This document shows, piece after piece, positions 42,689-54,032 of a stretch of DNA of 59,826 bases. The notes under the pieces were generated by a model that did no database searches, was not told the DNA's origin, and saw nothing but the letters and a program-made list of their open reading frames with translations. The stretch is taken from contig PPNB01000037.1 in NCBI GenBank assembly GCA_003707115.1, positions 1 through 59,826 on the forward strand, in the 5' to 3' direction. This stretch comes from Tortispora ganteri (Eukaryota). The stretch's first letter is position 1. Each line of letters opens with the position of its first letter. Made by a program: the position numbers and the translations under genes.

Positions 42689-42788
42689 NNNNNNNNNNNN
42701 NNNNNNNNNNNNNNNNNNNNNNNNNNNNNNNNNNNNNNNNNNNNNNNNNNNNNNNNNNNNNNNNNNNNNNNNNNNNNNNNNNNNNNNN
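42689..42788. other. Assembly gap (100 N)
   Basis: Run of N. Confidence 1.
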
Positions 42789-43510
42789 CTCCCCCCCTCC
42801 CTTCTATCCCGCTTTGACCCCCTCTTGAATTTTTTGTCTTGCGCAGTATCACGGTTAGCTGCACACTCGCTATAACTTGGATTTAGATATGGATAATTGG
42901 TCTTCATTTCTTTATCGCTTTCCAATCTTCATGTTTTTTGTGCAATATCTCTCAGATATCTGCAACTAGCGACCTACCTACCTTCACATGTTTCATGCCT
43001 CTTTTGACTTAACTATTTCACTCTGTCGACTTTGCTACATAAGGCTATCGCAGCTTTGGTTTATTTCCGTGTGATCGCCGCTTTGATTAATTTAGAATTC
43101 GCTGTTACGTCTTCTTATGTTGATTCATTAAAAGCATGCGGATCTTTTAAGTTCCCATCTCCATGGCCACCGACATTATATGGTTCGAATCGCCTATCAT
43201 GAAATGTCACAGTGGGTAGAGAAACATTGGTAGTGGTGGTATTCATTATGCGCTATTAACTATTTGTTCATCCGTGGAGCTTGACAAAGTTCAATGATGA
43301 GGTCCAGCGGCATTGTTATACTAGAGTGACGTCCTTTTCTTGAAGTGATGCTACACAGTTTGTCTGGAATTCGTTTACGATTTATATGCAGTTTCCTTCT
43401 TCTAATTGCTATCTTTGTGTTTTACTTCTTGCCAAATGTGGATTTGTGAAATGCATTCGCCTACTTTTGAAACATTAAGCTTTGTTTCTAATATTTTGTC
43501 CTCGGTACGA

Positions 43511-43526
43511 TACTAACAACTTATAG
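43511..43526 (+). other. Branch point and 3' splice site of a 5'-UTR intron of the 14-3-3 gene
   Basis: TACTAAC (43511-43517)..TTATAG ending 9 nt before the ATG. Confidence 0.7.
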
Positions 43527-43535
43527 AATATAACA

Positions 43536-44315
43536 ATGTCCTCCGAACACGATGATGCAGTTTACTTGGCCAAGCTTGCTGAACAAGCTGAGCGTTATGA
43601 AGAAATGGTTGAAAGTATGAAGAAAGTCGCCAGCGGTGATGCTGAGCTTTCAGTCGAAGAGCGCAACCTTCTTTCAGTAGCTTATAAGAATGTCATTGGT
43701 GCTCGCCGTGCCTCTTGGCGTATTGTTTCTTCTATTGAACAAAAGGAGCTCTCTAAAGGCAATGAAGAGCATGTTACGCTTATTAAGCAATACCGCCAGA
43801 AAGTTGAAAAGGAGCTAGGCGACATCTGTGAAGATATTCTCGGCGTGCTTGACAAACATTTGATTCCCAACGCCAGTTCTGGTGAATCCAAAGTCTTCTA
43901 CTATAAAATGAAGGGTGACTATCACCGTTATCAGGCTGAATTTACTTCTGATGATGTTCGTCAGAAATCTGCTGACGCTTCGCTAGAGTCATACAAGACT
44001 GCCGCTGAGATTGCCACTACTGAATTGCCTCCTACCCATCCCATTAGACTTGGTTTGGCTCTGAACTTCTCTGTCTTTTACTATGAGATCCTCAACAGTC
44101 CCGACCGTGCTTGCCATTTGGCGAAGCAAGCTTTTGATGATGCTATTGCTGAGCTCGATACTCTTAGCGAGGAGAGTTATAAGGATTCTACACTGATTAT
44201 GCAATTACTTCGTGATAACTTGACCTTGTGGACCTCTGACATGACTGAAGTTGGCACTGAAAAGGACACTGAAGAAGCTCCTGTCGAAGCTACTTCTGGT
44301 GAAGATAAGCAGTAA
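43536..44315 (+). CDS. BMH1: 14-3-3 protein (Bmh1/Bmh2 family)
   Basis: [51 protein letters not shown]. Confidence 0.97.
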   Translation: MSSEHDDAVYLAKLAEQAERYEEMVESMKKVASGDAELSVEERNLLSVAYKNVIGARRASWRIVSSIEQKELSKGNEEHVTLIKQYRQKVEKELGDICEDILGVLDKHLIPNASSGESKVFYYKMKGDYHRYQAEFTSDDVRQKSADASLESYKTAAEIATTELPPTHPIRLGLALNFSVFYYEILNSPDRACHLAKQAFDDAIAELDTLSEESYKDSTLIMQLLRDNLTLWTSDMTEVGTEKDTEEAPVEATSGEDKQ

Positions 44316-45062
44316 TCTTGCACTAAAAAATATATTGGAATTGACTTTGGAGCTTTAAGTTCCGTTGTTTTGCCTGCTATGGAATTCACAAGAACTGATT
44401 TACTCCGTGATTACCAGCTTTTCGAGATTGTTGTTATTTTTTCTACCGCTCCATGTTAGACCGCTATTTTCTCTTTTCATATTGTGATTTCTGGTTACAT
44501 CTGAACATTATAGCGCCTAGCAATGCTCTCATGTTTAAACCTGCTTTTCTTCGATATCTCTTATAGATCTACATATCTCAATTTCGCTTAACTGGGTTTC
44601 ATTCTACGTTTTGGTGAGTTATCGATTACTTTTCCTTTCCAATGAGCAGACATGACACGTTGCTGAATAGCAATCAAGTTTATCATATTGTTTTGATCTT
44701 TCCTTTATATTTGCTTCGGTGACATAAATCCTAGTTGTATCTGCTATTTCATTATTTTTCATCTTGACCCGTAAGCATTATGGCTTGCTTAAGTTATTAT
44801 TCTGGCTTGAGCCTAGTTGGATTATAACTACCACCGTAGCAACCCACTCATTATCTTCACTTTCGACTTCATATCTGTTTTGTTGTAGGCCTTGTGTTTT
44901 TACCAACTACATATACCTGCCTGCTCTAAATAATAAAGACTTGTACGGGATTTTTCTTCAAATTGCTTACGACTTGTTATTAGTTCGTTTGGTCTACCTC
45001 AACCGTAGGTCTGGCTCTCTTTCCCTTGCGAAACTTTCTGTTGATACTAATACACGTAAATA

Positions 45063-47126
45063 ATGGAAGATCGAAAGCGAACAGTCTCCGATATCGATGG
45101 AAACGCATTGCCTTACTCGAAAAGACAGGCTTTTGACAAATCTGAAGACGTCGATGTCGACCTATTGTCTTCCCAAGGATTAGAGAACGTTCGCAAAGAT
45201 GCTATTTTACGGCAGATGAAGGCCTATAAACGTGACATAGAGGTTCAGGATCTACGACTGAACAATCTTGAAGGAACTATTTTAAAACTAAGCAAGTTTG
45301 TAGGATGCTTTGAGGCCTTGTTAGATCAAGTCGTCAGTGATTTGGGTGGCGCCGCTAAAGCCGAGAATTTACCTGACTGGCCATCGAAGCTATTATCTGA
45401 ATCACCCGACATCCAAGAAGCCCTTCAATCGCGAGCCTCTTCCATTAAAACTCTCTTATCATATTTTCCGAGTACTGCTGTATCAAGCGAGTCTAATTCT
45501 CAAACTGTACTGCTTTCGAAGGAGGTTGCCGAATTGCGCAGTGAGATTACTGCTTTATCTGCTACTAATACATCCTTAGAAACTTCGCTTGAGGAAATAA
45601 CCGATAAGTATAGAGCATCTGCAAAAACTATAGACAGACTCCGAAGTCCTATAGTTGCTGCAGTTAATCACAACATTGCTTCTGCCGATTCGAAGTTAGG
45701 ATCTTCGCTATCTGCTGATGAAAGCAAGCCCGCTTCCGACGAAGATTCGTCGAGCATGAAAAAACTTGCTGATCTTGAACTTTCATTAACTCAATCCAAA
45801 GCAGTAATATCTCAGCAAAGTGATACGATAGCGAAACTGGATAAAGAAGTGTTAGAATTGCAATCTAAAGTTTTGAGCTTTGAATCGCGGGTTAAGAACA
45901 TGTCCGACGAGGAAGTTATCAAAAGTGCACCATATAAGATTTTGAGAGAAAAGTATGATGCCACAAGTACTAAGCTCTCCTCTTTGTCGGAGCGGGAAGC
46001 TGCTTTAGCTGCTCAACTGGCTACGTTACAGAATGTTAACAGTTTGTATAGCAGTACCGTTCAATCTGAGCTTAAGAAAACCAATAGTGACCTCCAGCAA
46101 CAGTTAGGCAGAGCTGAGCAAGATGTAAATCGAATTAGGGCTGCTAGGGATGAATTACTTCAAGAGTTAGCCATTCTGAAATCTCGAGATACGGTTTCTG
46201 CAAACAAAGAAACTATCAAGCTATCAGAAGTGCGCTTAGAGCGTATTAAGCAGCTTGAGAGTGAAATTGCGATTTTAAAAAGCGAAGACAGCCCACAAAA
46301 TCTCACGGAAAACGGAACAGATAGTTTACCTGATACTGTTGATGAGCTACGAATATTAGTGAAAAAACTTCAGCGCAAGAATTCATCGCTGTTATCTCAG
46401 CTTCCTTCTCTTGAAGCGGCATTTAAAAAAGCACATGAAATTGCTAGCTCAAGGGTATCAGATTCTTTAGATAAGGATGAGCGGATGCTTAGACTACAAG
46501 CGGAAAAGGCCAAAGCTGATCAAAAATATTTCACGGCTATGCGTGCTAAAGATGCTCTATATTCTGATAAGAAATCATTGGAGCATCAGGTTATAAAGGG
46601 TACTGATGCTATTAGCCAGCTTAAGGAATCTGAGAAGGTTCTTCAGTCTAAAGTCACAAACCTGCTAGCTCAAATTGCAGAACTAGAACTAAAACTTCGA
46701 TCCAGTGAAGATATTGCTTCTCATAAATCCATTGAAGTGAAAGAAAAGACCCGAGATGTTGAAAGTTTGAATGATCGTATTAATTCACTGACCTCTGAAT
46801 TGCATTCTTTTACAACGCGTATGAAGAATGAGTCAGAGTTGCGCCGAAAGCTGGAAGAGCAATTAGCGCGGTCCAGAGCCGAAAACGAGCAACGACGTAA
46901 AATTGCCACTATGGGTGGTAATACATCTAGTGCAGAATTTGAAGCTTTACGATCTATTGCAATCTGCTCTGTTTGTTCGCGCAATTGGAAGGATACTGTT
47001 ATTAAGTCTTGTGGTCATGCCTTTTGTATGGAATGTGCTAAAGATCGCCTTAACGCTAGGCTAAGAAAATGTCCAACCTGTAATCAGCAATATTCTCACA
47101 ATGATCTTCTGTCTATTCATCTCTGA
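45063..47126 (+). CDS. BRE1: H2B E3 ubiquitin ligase Bre1
   Basis: MEDRKR, KDAILRQM, coiled coil, KAKADQKYFTAMR, C-terminal RING CSVC..CGHAFC..C..RLRKCPTC. Confidence 0.94.
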   Translation: MEDRKRTVSDIDGNALPYSKRQAFDKSEDVDVDLLSSQGLENVRKDAILRQMKAYKRDIEVQDLRLNNLEGTILKLSKFVGCFEALLDQVVSDLGGAAKAENLPDWPSKLLSESPDIQEALQSRASSIKTLLSYFPSTAVSSESNSQTVLLSKEVAELRSEITALSATNTSLETSLEEITDKYRASAKTIDRLRSPIVAAVNHNIASADSKLGSSLSADESKPASDEDSSSMKKLADLELSLTQSKAVISQQSDTIAKLDKEVLELQSKVLSFESRVKNMSDEEVIKSAPYKILREKYDATSTKLSSLSEREAALAAQLATLQNVNSLYSSTVQSELKKTNSDLQQQLGRAEQDVNRIRAARDELLQELAILKSRDTVSANKETIKLSEVRLERIKQLESEIAILKSEDSPQNLTENGTDSLPDTVDELRILVKKLQRKNSSLLSQLPSLEAAFKKAHEIASSRVSDSLDKDERMLRLQAEKAKADQKYFTAMRAKDALYSDKKSLEHQVIKGTDAISQLKESEKVLQSKVTNLLAQIAELELKLRSSEDIASHKSIEVKEKTRDVESLNDRINSLTSELHSFTTRMKNESELRRKLEEQLARSRAENEQRRKIATMGGNTSSAEFEALRSIAICSVCSRNWKDTVIKSCGHAFCMECAKDRLNARLRKCPTCNQQYSHNDLLSIHL

Positions 47127-47219
47127 CCCGGACTTTTTTATTGTGTGTTTGGCGTGTGTATAATAGATGTTGCTACTGTCACACCTTGTAGAATATGTAT
47201 GAATATTGAATCATTGAAG

Positions 47220-50102
47220 TTAAACGTAGTCAGATGTTTGTCCCCTGGATTTAAGCCACATTTCCTTGACGATTTCTGTAGTTTTCGCACCACCCCGCAG
47301 TACCAGTGACTTAGAGATAAATTGGTCAATTGCTTGCTGTGATATATCTTTAGGCTGCAGAGCGCCGATCGCTTGCGGAAGCCATTGCTTCATTTGGATC
47401 GGAAGCTTGAAAATCATTTTCTTATATAATTCGCTGACTCGAATCAGTTCGCTTCTCAACGCTTGTCCGAATATCAACTTGACGACAGATAAACAGAGAG
47501 AATAGCCTGTACTTTCTATGAACGGAGCAAATAGTCCTTCTCTAACTGAGTCCTTGTTGGTTAGAAGTGTTTGCCAGAACATTAGAGCACTCTTCTTCAC
47601 AAAGAGCTCCGAGTATCCTATGAAGAATATTATGAAATCTGCTATATCGCCCGCATAAATGCTCTCGAAGAAAATATTTGGGTAGTTTAGGATGATTGCC
47701 TTGAAGAAATCTATTATTGTGAAAATATTGTCCGGGTTCGATGCATCTGTGGACGCAATTCTTTTGGTAACAGCGCTAAAGAGCTGTTGTATAACTGGTG
47801 AACTTTCGGGCTCTCCGCTATTCTTCAGACTACCTAGCACGGCTATTGCTAGTCGTATATATAAATAACCAGTTTCCGAAAAGTTTGCGCTAGTTCCAGC
47901 TTCAATAAACGAAATTGCTTCGAGCGGTGCAATGCATAACAGGCTGTCTTCAACGCCCGCATCATATAGTCCAGCTTTGATAATAGATGTAGCATGTTCT
48001 ACCACCGTAGGATCATTGCAAGGACCCCATCTATCAAAGACAATATCGCGAGTTATTGCTAATATTTTAGCTTTTACTGCAACTTTGTCTTCGTAACTAT
48101 ATACTTGCCCATGGAAGGCTTGGTCTCCATCAACGGTGATAGCATTTTCAATTTCATTAGCTTCATCTGCATCGTCGTTCACAGCACTGCAGAATGCATC
48201 GAGCATAATTAAAGCATTCTCAGCGTCATTCCAGTTATTTTGAGACATGTTCTGCGTATGCATTTGTATCAGGCTTAAGATTTGGAGAAACTCGGCAACG
48301 CGGGTCGGAATATTTGGTTCTGCATTGACAATTGTTGTGAGCCCAGATACTATACGCTCCCGCACTAGTGCATCCAGAGTACTAAAAATATCGTTGGATA
48401 TTACAGACATTAAACTCGGAAGCATTTCATGTAATCTGTTTCGGTACACAAGACAAAGACTTTGTATAGCTTTGGACGCAGGAAGTGCTAGAAGCTTGTC
48501 TGTGATAAATGAAAAAAGAATAGACATGAGCCTTTGAATAAACTCATAATCTGCGCTTAGTGCAATATAGTGCTCATAGTTTGAAATAAGTCTCACGAAA
48601 GTATTGGCTATGAACGGAACAGACCTAGACGCATCCATTTGGCTGATGAAACTATCATTCCAGAATATAGACAACAGTTGAGCGACTTCAGCACTTTTTA
48701 CTGGAAGGGTGTACGAAATCCCGTTAATAAAGCATATATATGCTTCTAGTCTTGTTGGCGTCTGATCAGCTAACGAGTTCGCTGCCATTTGTGTGAGATA
48801 AGACAAGGTCTCATTGCCCAGTGGAGTCAGTGTAAATTCTAGGTAATCACATAGTTCGCGTCTAAACTGGTTAAATTGGTCTTTTTCATCACTGTTCCAG
48901 GAATTGAATGCCTCTATTGACGGGATAATCGCTCTCAGGGTTAACACGGTGATCGATCTCTGGATTATGGATTTGCAGAAAGGCGCATGCGGACTTTCTT
49001 CTTGTAACAATTCGTCAGTTGTGTCACAGAAATTGTTCCAGAATTCAATTGTATGAGAGAGAACTTTATACTCGTTCTCTATTGGTGTGGTTGTTATGAC
49101 TTTGAAGAGCGCCTCTAAGGCATCTTGGCATAATGACATCGTCAGTGTTGTTTCTATGCTGTGTGAAGATGCAGACGAGAATAGCTCTATCCATGCTGTT
49201 AAAACGTCAGAGTCGTATTCAGCTTCTTTCAGTATGTCGTCCACTAAGGGTAAGCATGTGCTTATGGTGCTGGCTAACATGTCGTTGTTAAACAGCGTGG
49301 GTACTTGATCAATGAGGTCTGATAACGATGACGCCACCATTTTGAATAACTCGTTATTTTTCAGGTAGTTTATTGCAGTTGGTATAAATTCTCTTAGCCG
49401 TAGGATTGATGAGTCGGTCAGATGAGTGCGTATTAGAATGGCCCAAGCCTGCAAGAGACCGATCCAATCCAGAGGATATATTGCGGGTGTAGCTAGCAGT
49501 TGTTCCATGACTATACACGAATTATTTAGCATTTCTGTAAATTCTGATGAAGGTGCGTTCTTGTCTAAGTCTTCAGCGAAAACCTTACATATGAAGAGAA
49601 AAAGATGAAGCGATTCTGGTGCAAGGCCGGTTAGCATTGCCGATATGGTAGATGGGTTTTGAGCACTTTCGTCGGCGATTTTGCAGTCCTCTGTGCTGAA
49701 ATGAGGTCTCTCATCGCAAATCGACCAGAGAAGACAAAATAGTGGGTTTTTAATTACATCGGGGTATTTCGCGATTAGAGCACTGAACGCACCAGCGAGT
49801 TTTATGGTGACCACAAGCACATCTGATCTCTTGATAGATACTGCAATAAGGCTAGCTATATCCAATATACGATTTTGGTCTAAACATTCAATGTTAATTC
49901 GAACAGATACGGTCAAGGCTCCCACAAATCGGCAGTTTGGATCTGAATGTTGAAGAAGTGCTAGTGCCAGATCCCACCCATTCGGCCCTCTTTGGAAGGC
50001 TTGCAGTTGCTTTTGAATACTGATGACGTCGTACTGGTTTGTACCACTTGTGTATAGCTTCTGTATAAGCGATATCGTCTCATTTATGGCACTGTCGCTC
50101 AT
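47220..50102 (-). CDS. KAP122: Importin-beta family karyopherin (Kap122/Pdr6, importin-13-like)
   Basis: IQKQLQAFQRGPNGW..RFVGALT importin N-terminus; HEAT-like helices; C-terminal LRG...VKEMW..SRG. Confidence 0.7.
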   Translation of the reverse strand: MSDSAINETISLIQKLYTSGTNQYDVISIQKQLQAFQRGPNGWDLALALLQHSDPNCRFVGALTVSVRINIECLDQNRILDIASLIAVSIKRSDVLVVTIKLAGAFSALIAKYPDVIKNPLFCLLWSICDERPHFSTEDCKIADESAQNPSTISAMLTGLAPESLHLFLFICKVFAEDLDKNAPSSEFTEMLNNSCIVMEQLLATPAIYPLDWIGLLQAWAILIRTHLTDSSILRLREFIPTAINYLKNNELFKMVASSLSDLIDQVPTLFNNDMLASTISTCLPLVDDILKEAEYDSDVLTAWIELFSSASSHSIETTLTMSLCQDALEALFKVITTTPIENEYKVLSHTIEFWNNFCDTTDELLQEESPHAPFCKSIIQRSITVLTLRAIIPSIEAFNSWNSDEKDQFNQFRRELCDYLEFTLTPLGNETLSYLTQMAANSLADQTPTRLEAYICFINGISYTLPVKSAEVAQLLSIFWNDSFISQMDASRSVPFIANTFVRLISNYEHYIALSADYEFIQRLMSILFSFITDKLLALPASKAIQSLCLVYRNRLHEMLPSLMSVISNDIFSTLDALVRERIVSGLTTIVNAEPNIPTRVAEFLQILSLIQMHTQNMSQNNWNDAENALIMLDAFCSAVNDDADEANEIENAITVDGDQAFHGQVYSYEDKVAVKAKILAITRDIVFDRWGPCNDPTVVEHATSIIKAGLYDAGVEDSLLCIAPLEAISFIEAGTSANFSETGYLYIRLAIAVLGSLKNSGEPESSPVIQQLFSAVTKRIASTDASNPDNIFTIIDFFKAIILNYPNIFFESIYAGDIADFIIFFIGYSELFVKKSALMFWQTLLTNKDSVREGLFAPFIESTGYSLCLSVVKLIFGQALRSELIRVSELYKKMIFKLPIQMKQWLPQAIGALQPKDISQQAIDQFISKSLVLRGGAKTTEIVKEMWLKSRGQTSDYV

Positions 50103-50172
50103 GTTTGGAAGTAGCTATTGTAAGCAGCTAATGTTGATAGCGAGAAGTTGAATACAAAAACTCGGCCACTAT

Positions 50173-50240
50173 TCACGTGACATCTGACTTTAACCCACTC
50201 AACTACTGCTGCTACCTTTTGGCGGCACGACATTCACGTG
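50173..50240. promoter_or_regulatory. Two TCACGTG E-boxes in the divergent KAP122/aminopeptidase P promoter
   Basis: TCACGTGA 50173-50180 and TCACGTG 50234-50240. Confidence 0.5.
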
Positions 50241-50292
50241 TTAAACGAAATTCGATTAACACCAGTTTATCTATCAGTTTCATTTTCGATTG

Positions 50293-52257
50293 ATGAATTC
50301 TTGGATCGGGGCTGTTAGATCTTTGAGGCTACCGTACACGAGTTCTGCGCCACTGAGTCATTATTGCACCAGCTCCATGAGATTCACTACAGTGGATACG
50401 TCAGAGCGGCTTGCCCAGCTCAGGGCAGAAATGAATGCACATGATATTCATCTTTACATAGTTCCGAGTGAGGATTCTCATCAAAGTGAATATACAGCTC
50501 CTTGTGATAAACGCCGTGAGTACATATCGGGTTTCACGGGGTCCGCTGGAATAGCCCTTATCACTCACTCTGAAGCGGCACTCTCTACAGATGGACGATA
50601 CTTCAACCAGGCTTCTCAGCAGCTAGACTCGAATTGGTCTTTACTAAAACAAGGTATGAAAGATGTTCCGACACCACATGAGTGGATCCTTTCTCGTACG
50701 CGCTGTAATGACAAGGTCGGCGTCGATCCACAACTTATGTCCACCTTACAGTTCAACTCTTTAAAAGATAAACTCAGCAAGAGCTCCGGTGCAGAATTGA
50801 TTCCTTTGTCTTTGAACCTTGTGGATATAGTATGGCACGATCGGCCGCCTCGTCCCGCTAACCCTGTTAATATACATTCCCTCAAGTACTCTGGCGTCTC
50901 TGCCCATGAAAAGATAGTCAGGCTCCGTAAATTCATTGATGATAAGCATGCTAGATTTATCGTACTGACTGCATTGGACGAGATAGCCTGGCTTTTCAAT
51001 CTTCGCGGGAGTGATATTCCTTACAACCCTGTGTTCTTCAGTTATGCTATAGTCTCTAGCGATGCTGTTCAGCTTTTTGTTGACAAATCGCGAATCGATA
51101 CAGAGACTACCAATTATATTTCAGAGTTTGCTACCATAAGACCGTACCAGTCTTTTTTTGATGACCTTCGTATGTTCACTGAATCGTCTGTGTGCAACAC
51201 TTCCGCATCCATAGAAAAGCCACCGTTAGTGGCGTCAAACAAAGAACACTCATTATGCTTGCTTCCTGAAAATGTACCTTATGCTGTCACTATGACTGTT
51301 GGCCAGAATAATGTCAGATTTGCTCCCTCTCCTGTACAGAAATTCAAGTGCGTCAAAAATAGCACTGAATTAGCTGGAATGATTGCGTGCCAGGAACGTG
51401 ATGGTGCTGCGGTGGTTGAGTACCTTGCTTGGCTTGAGTATCAAATGGTCAGTGGAGCTGATATTGATGAGGTGCAAGGTGCTGATGTCCTCGAAAGCTG
51501 TCGAGCAAAGAAAGATCTCTTCGTGGGCCTAAGCTTTGATACCATCTCAAGCTCGGGTCCGAACGCTGCAGTGATACACTATTCGCCCATAAGCGGAAAC
51601 TGCAGAAAACTCTCAACAGCTGAGATATATCTATTGGACTCTGGTGGACAGTATTTAGATGGAACTACCGATACCACTCGTACTGTGCATTTCGGCGTCC
51701 CAACTGAGGAGGAGAAGACGTGCTATACATTGGTCCTGAAAGGACACATCAGCCTAGCTACTGCTGTGTTCCCTATGGGTACTGGTGGTGGTACACTCGA
51801 TATCCTTGCTAGGAGACCACTCTGGGAGAATGGCCTTGATTACCGCCATGGCACGGGACACGGCGTGGGAAGCTATTTAAACGTGCATGAAGGCCCTATG
51901 GGTATTAGCTCGGCAGCTACACCCAGTGGACGCGTCCCTCTTGAGCCAGGTATGGTGATATCTAATGAGCCTGGCTTTTATAAAGACGGTGAATTTGGCA
52001 TACGCATTGAAAGCGTTGTAGTGGTCCGCAAAGCTGATACGCCATTCTCATTTGGTGACAAACTATTCTACCGATTTGAGACCATAACTGCTGTTCCCTT
52101 CATGCGCCGCCTTATTGACTTAGACTTGCTAGATGATGACGAGATTCACTGGATAGACCGGTATCATCAGCTTGTCAGGACAAAGTTGTTGCCATTTCTT
52201 GACGGTAATGACCTGGCTTTAGCATGGTTAGAACGAGAAACTGCGCCACTGCGTTAG
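50293..52257 (+). CDS. Xaa-Pro aminopeptidase P (Fra1/XPNPEP1-like)
   Basis: DSHQSEY, SGFTGSAG, LFNLRGSDI, DSGGQYLDGTTDTTRT, HGTGHGVG, SNEPGFY, GIRIE. Confidence 0.95.
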   Translation: MNSWIGAVRSLRLPYTSSAPLSHYCTSSMRFTTVDTSERLAQLRAEMNAHDIHLYIVPSEDSHQSEYTAPCDKRREYISGFTGSAGIALITHSEAALSTDGRYFNQASQQLDSNWSLLKQGMKDVPTPHEWILSRTRCNDKVGVDPQLMSTLQFNSLKDKLSKSSGAELIPLSLNLVDIVWHDRPPRPANPVNIHSLKYSGVSAHEKIVRLRKFIDDKHARFIVLTALDEIAWLFNLRGSDIPYNPVFFSYAIVSSDAVQLFVDKSRIDTETTNYISEFATIRPYQSFFDDLRMFTESSVCNTSASIEKPPLVASNKEHSLCLLPENVPYAVTMTVGQNNVRFAPSPVQKFKCVKNSTELAGMIACQERDGAAVVEYLAWLEYQMVSGADIDEVQGADVLESCRAKKDLFVGLSFDTISSSGPNAAVIHYSPISGNCRKLSTAEIYLLDSGGQYLDGTTDTTRTVHFGVPTEEEKTCYTLVLKGHISLATAVFPMGTGGGTLDILARRPLWENGLDYRHGTGHGVGSYLNVHEGPMGISSAATPSGRVPLEPGMVISNEPGFYKDGEFGIRIESVVVVRKADTPFSFGDKLFYRFETITAVPFMRRLIDLDLLDDDEIHWIDRYHQLVRTKLLPFLDGNDLALAWLERETAPLR

Positions 52258-52397
52258 TCGTGGCAATTTTCTATTCAGCTCCTAGGTGGTGAATGTACTT
52301 GTTTTAAACTTGCTTTGTAAAATGATGGATTACACTTAACAAACTGACTAAGAAATTATGGATAGATACGAAACGTGGATATCATTTGGATAACGGC

Positions 52398-53651
52398 CTA
52401 GGCAAGAAGCATCTTTCGAGGATCTTCGATGTACTCTTTGACAAGACGGAGGAAAGTAACGGCCTCACGTCCATCGAGCATGCGGTGGTCATATGTAAGA
52501 GCTAGATACATCATTGGCCTTGCTTCTACTTTTCCATCAACCACAACCGCGCGTTCTTTGACTGCATGTAACCCAAGTACTGCTGTTTGAGGCATGTTGA
52601 TGATTGGGGTTCCGTATAGTGAACCAAAAACACCTCCATTAGAAATGGTGAAAGTTCCACCAGCCATATCCTCAAGGGTGAGCTTGTTGTCACGAGCCTT
52701 GGTACCGAGGTTGAGAATTTCATTCTCAATCTCAACAATACTACGAGATTCAGCATTGCGGAGAACCGGCGTAACGAGACCCTTCGGAGTAGCTACAGCA
52801 ATTGATACGTCGACATAGTCGCGATAAACCATAGTGTCATTACCCTCGATGGCAGCGTTGACAGCAGGAATCTCTTTCATGGCGAGAGTGCAGGCTTTAG
52901 TGAAAGCGCCCATGAAGCCAATCTTGACACCAGATTTCTTTATGATTTCATCCTTGTATAGCTTTCGCATTTCCATAAGAGACGACATGTCGCATTCGTT
53001 GAAAGTCGTCAATGAAGCAGCAGTGTTTTGGGATTCTTTGAGTCTCTCAGCGATACGAAGACGCATTCTGTTCATCTTGATTCTCTCTTCGGTGCGGCTA
53101 AAAGGAGCACTGGGTGTAGCTGCTTCAGGTTTCGATTTTTCGGGGGCAGCTGCCTTGGTAGCGGTTTCTTTCGGAGGTGGAGACGAAGGCGCAACTATTT
53201 CCTTCTTTGGTTCTTCGGCGGATTTTTGCTCGGCTGGCGCGGCTTTGGCTTCTTCGGCTGGTTCGGAAGTAGCTGGCTCTTCTTTCTTTGGGGTTGGAGT
53301 AGAACCTTCGCTTCCTTCTTCGATGACAAAAAGATCCTGGCCAACGGTAACGGTATCACCTTCAGCAACAAGTGCTTCCTTTATGACACCGGCAAATGGA
53401 GCGTTTACGGGAACATCGATCTTATCGGTCTCAATCGATGCAACTTCTTCATCTTCTGCAACGGATTCTCCGACAGATTTAACCCATTGAGCGAGTGTGC
53501 CTTCTGTGATGGACTCGGCCATTTGAGGCACCTTCACGGTGTGCGAGGCATGTCTAAGTGCTGTCATTATTGCAGGCGTAATGACTGGCCGCACTGATCC
53601 AAATCTAGCGCTAAGGCATAATGTTCTGATAGCTGTATGAGCGAAAGTCAT
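52398..53651 (-). CDS. KGD2: 2-oxoglutarate dehydrogenase E2 (dihydrolipoamide succinyltransferase)
   Basis: Lipoyl IETDKI, AERLKESQNTAASLTTFNE, LTYDHRMLDG. Confidence 0.97.
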   Translation of the reverse strand: MTFAHTAIRTLCLSARFGSVRPVITPAIMTALRHASHTVKVPQMAESITEGTLAQWVKSVGESVAEDEEVASIETDKIDVPVNAPFAGVIKEALVAEGDTVTVGQDLFVIEEGSEGSTPTPKKEEPATSEPAEEAKAAPAEQKSAEEPKKEIVAPSSPPPKETATKAAAPEKSKPEAATPSAPFSRTEERIKMNRMRLRIAERLKESQNTAASLTTFNECDMSSLMEMRKLYKDEIIKKSGVKIGFMGAFTKACTLAMKEIPAVNAAIEGNDTMVYRDYVDVSIAVATPKGLVTPVLRNAESRSIVEIENEILNLGTKARDNKLTLEDMAGGTFTISNGGVFGSLYGTPIINMPQTAVLGLHAVKERAVVVDGKVEARPMMYLALTYDHRMLDGREAVTFLRLVKEYIEDPRKMLLA

Positions 53652-53970
53652 TTTAATGGTTACTTGGTAAGGAACCAGCGGCTAATGATATAAAATAGAG
53701 AGCCTTCCTCGAGTTTGTATTGACGGAGGAACGGGCCTGGGGGGTAAAAGCGGATCGCGTTTTCTTAATGTATGAGCGCGACTAGCCGTCTTGGTTTAGT
53801 TCGATGCGAAGCAGCACTGATGCGATATTTCTTTATTTTCCGGCGATGAGCAGGCGAAACCGGATTCTGTAAAGTTGTCGGTAGAAAGAAGCCAGTTTTA
53901 AGGGTGAACTAAGAAGATCCATATTAGAGCGGGAGGGCTAATACAGTATGTATTAGGGTTTTGCTGTCAG

Positions 53971-54032
53971 CCAATGGTAGCATCCCAAATAGTGTTGTTT
54001 CCGAGGTCTGCCGGTCTTTACATGGACCAATG
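53971..54032. promoter_or_regulatory. Two CCAAT boxes in the divergent KGD2/NDUFB9 promoter
   Basis: cagCCAATgg and ggaCCAATga between two respiratory genes (HAP complex inferred). Confidence 0.4.

Noticed and set aside
43294..43400. C-box-like ATGATGA in the putative 14-3-3 intron
   Set aside because: No downstream CTGA D box or terminal stem found
45045..45069. TACTAAT branch-like motif before BRE1
   Set aside because: No YAG before the ATG, and MEDRKR is the conserved Bre1 start
52834..53597. Long antisense ORFs over KGD2 (similar ones over ILV5, the histones and the amine oxidase)
   Set aside because: Shadow ORFs from biased codon usage of highly expressed genes
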